Position numbers and translations under genes: made by a program
Shown here: in pieces, positions 63,722 to 64,000 of the stretch
Layout of the letters: each line of letters begins with the position of its first letter
Numbering within the stretch: position 1 is the stretch's first letter
Source of the DNA: Desulfobacterales bacterium
Lineage (GTDB): Bacteria; Desulfobacterota; Desulfobacteria; Desulfobacterales; UBA2174
Assembly (NCBI GenBank): GCA_963668645.2
Contig: CAXXWC010000021.1
Location: forward strand, 896,001-960,000
Direction of reading: 5' to 3'
Length of the DNA: 64,000 bases
Notes under the pieces: generated by a model
Databases searched by the model: none
What the model was told of the DNA's origin: nothing
The model's input: the letters and a program-made list of their open reading frames with translations, nothing else

Positions 63722-64000
63722 TCAAAACGGCAACCCATCGTCCACGTCGCTCTTGTAGGCGCTCAGGTCCGGCAGATCATCGTCGCGCCGAGGTGCCGGC
63801 CGTCGCGCTGGCTTCGGTTCCTGGCGATACTGAATGTGGCCCTGGTGCTCCAGATCGGCCACCACAAGGCGTCTGACGTGATCCATTTCCGGCGGTGATA
63901 GAAACATCTGATCGAAGTATTTCGTTTCACCGTCCTGCTCGGTCTTGACCTGAGGAAGGGCGAACCAAACGCCGCCATTGCTCTCAAGCAACCGGCAACC
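63722..64000 (-). CDS. SpoVG-like nucleic-acid-binding protein with acidic SSB-type tail (5' end off the window)
   Basis: GCRLLESNGGVWFALPQVK...KYFD; ends DVDDGLPF. Confidence 0.65.
   Translation of the reverse strand, partial: GCRLLESNGGVWFALPQVKTEQDGETKYFDQMFLSPPEMDHVRRLVVADLEHQGHIQYRQEPKPARRPAPRRDDDLPDLSAYKSDVDDGLPF

Larger units (their letters stand above)
58228..64000. mobile_element. Prophage or phage-satellite-like element adjoining the tRNA-Ala 3' end (continues off the window)
   Basis: Capsid, prohead protease and terS genes; repeats next to the tRNA; integrase and second att site not in the window. Confidence 0.75.

Overview
GC-rich bacterial chromosome window; gene content suggests an anaerobic Desulfobacterota-like organism (inference). 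It has four zones. (1) ~2.1-16.2 kb is an AT-rich accessory island with integrase remnants, an attC-like cassette and a translationally coupled three-gene operon (STAS+GHKL ATPase, tandem-PRTase protein, metallophosphoesterase). The last two genes are split by IS elements (an IS66, and an IS701-like element carrying a nested IS3) and rejoin in frame when these are removed; this is a candidate uncharacterised defence/conflict system. (2) 16.3-29.4 kb holds a hybrid kinase and response regulator, a patch of decayed redox genes, a DUF362/polyferredoxin pair and an ISAs1 element. (3) 29.5-51.6 kb is a hydrogen-metabolism cluster: a complete Mbh-type (Mrp-linked group 4) [NiFe]-hydrogenase operon with maturation protease, a trimeric [FeFe]-hydrogenase whose NuoF subunit carries a GltD-like extension, and a sensory [FeFe]-hydrogenase-kinase phosphorelay. 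Both hydrogenase operons have sigma-54-type promoters. (4) Housekeeping genes, tRNA-Ala(CGC), then a compact phage- or satellite-like element (terS, protease-capsid fusion, small capsid-associated ORF) that runs off the right edge. All family assignments come from motif reading, not database searches.
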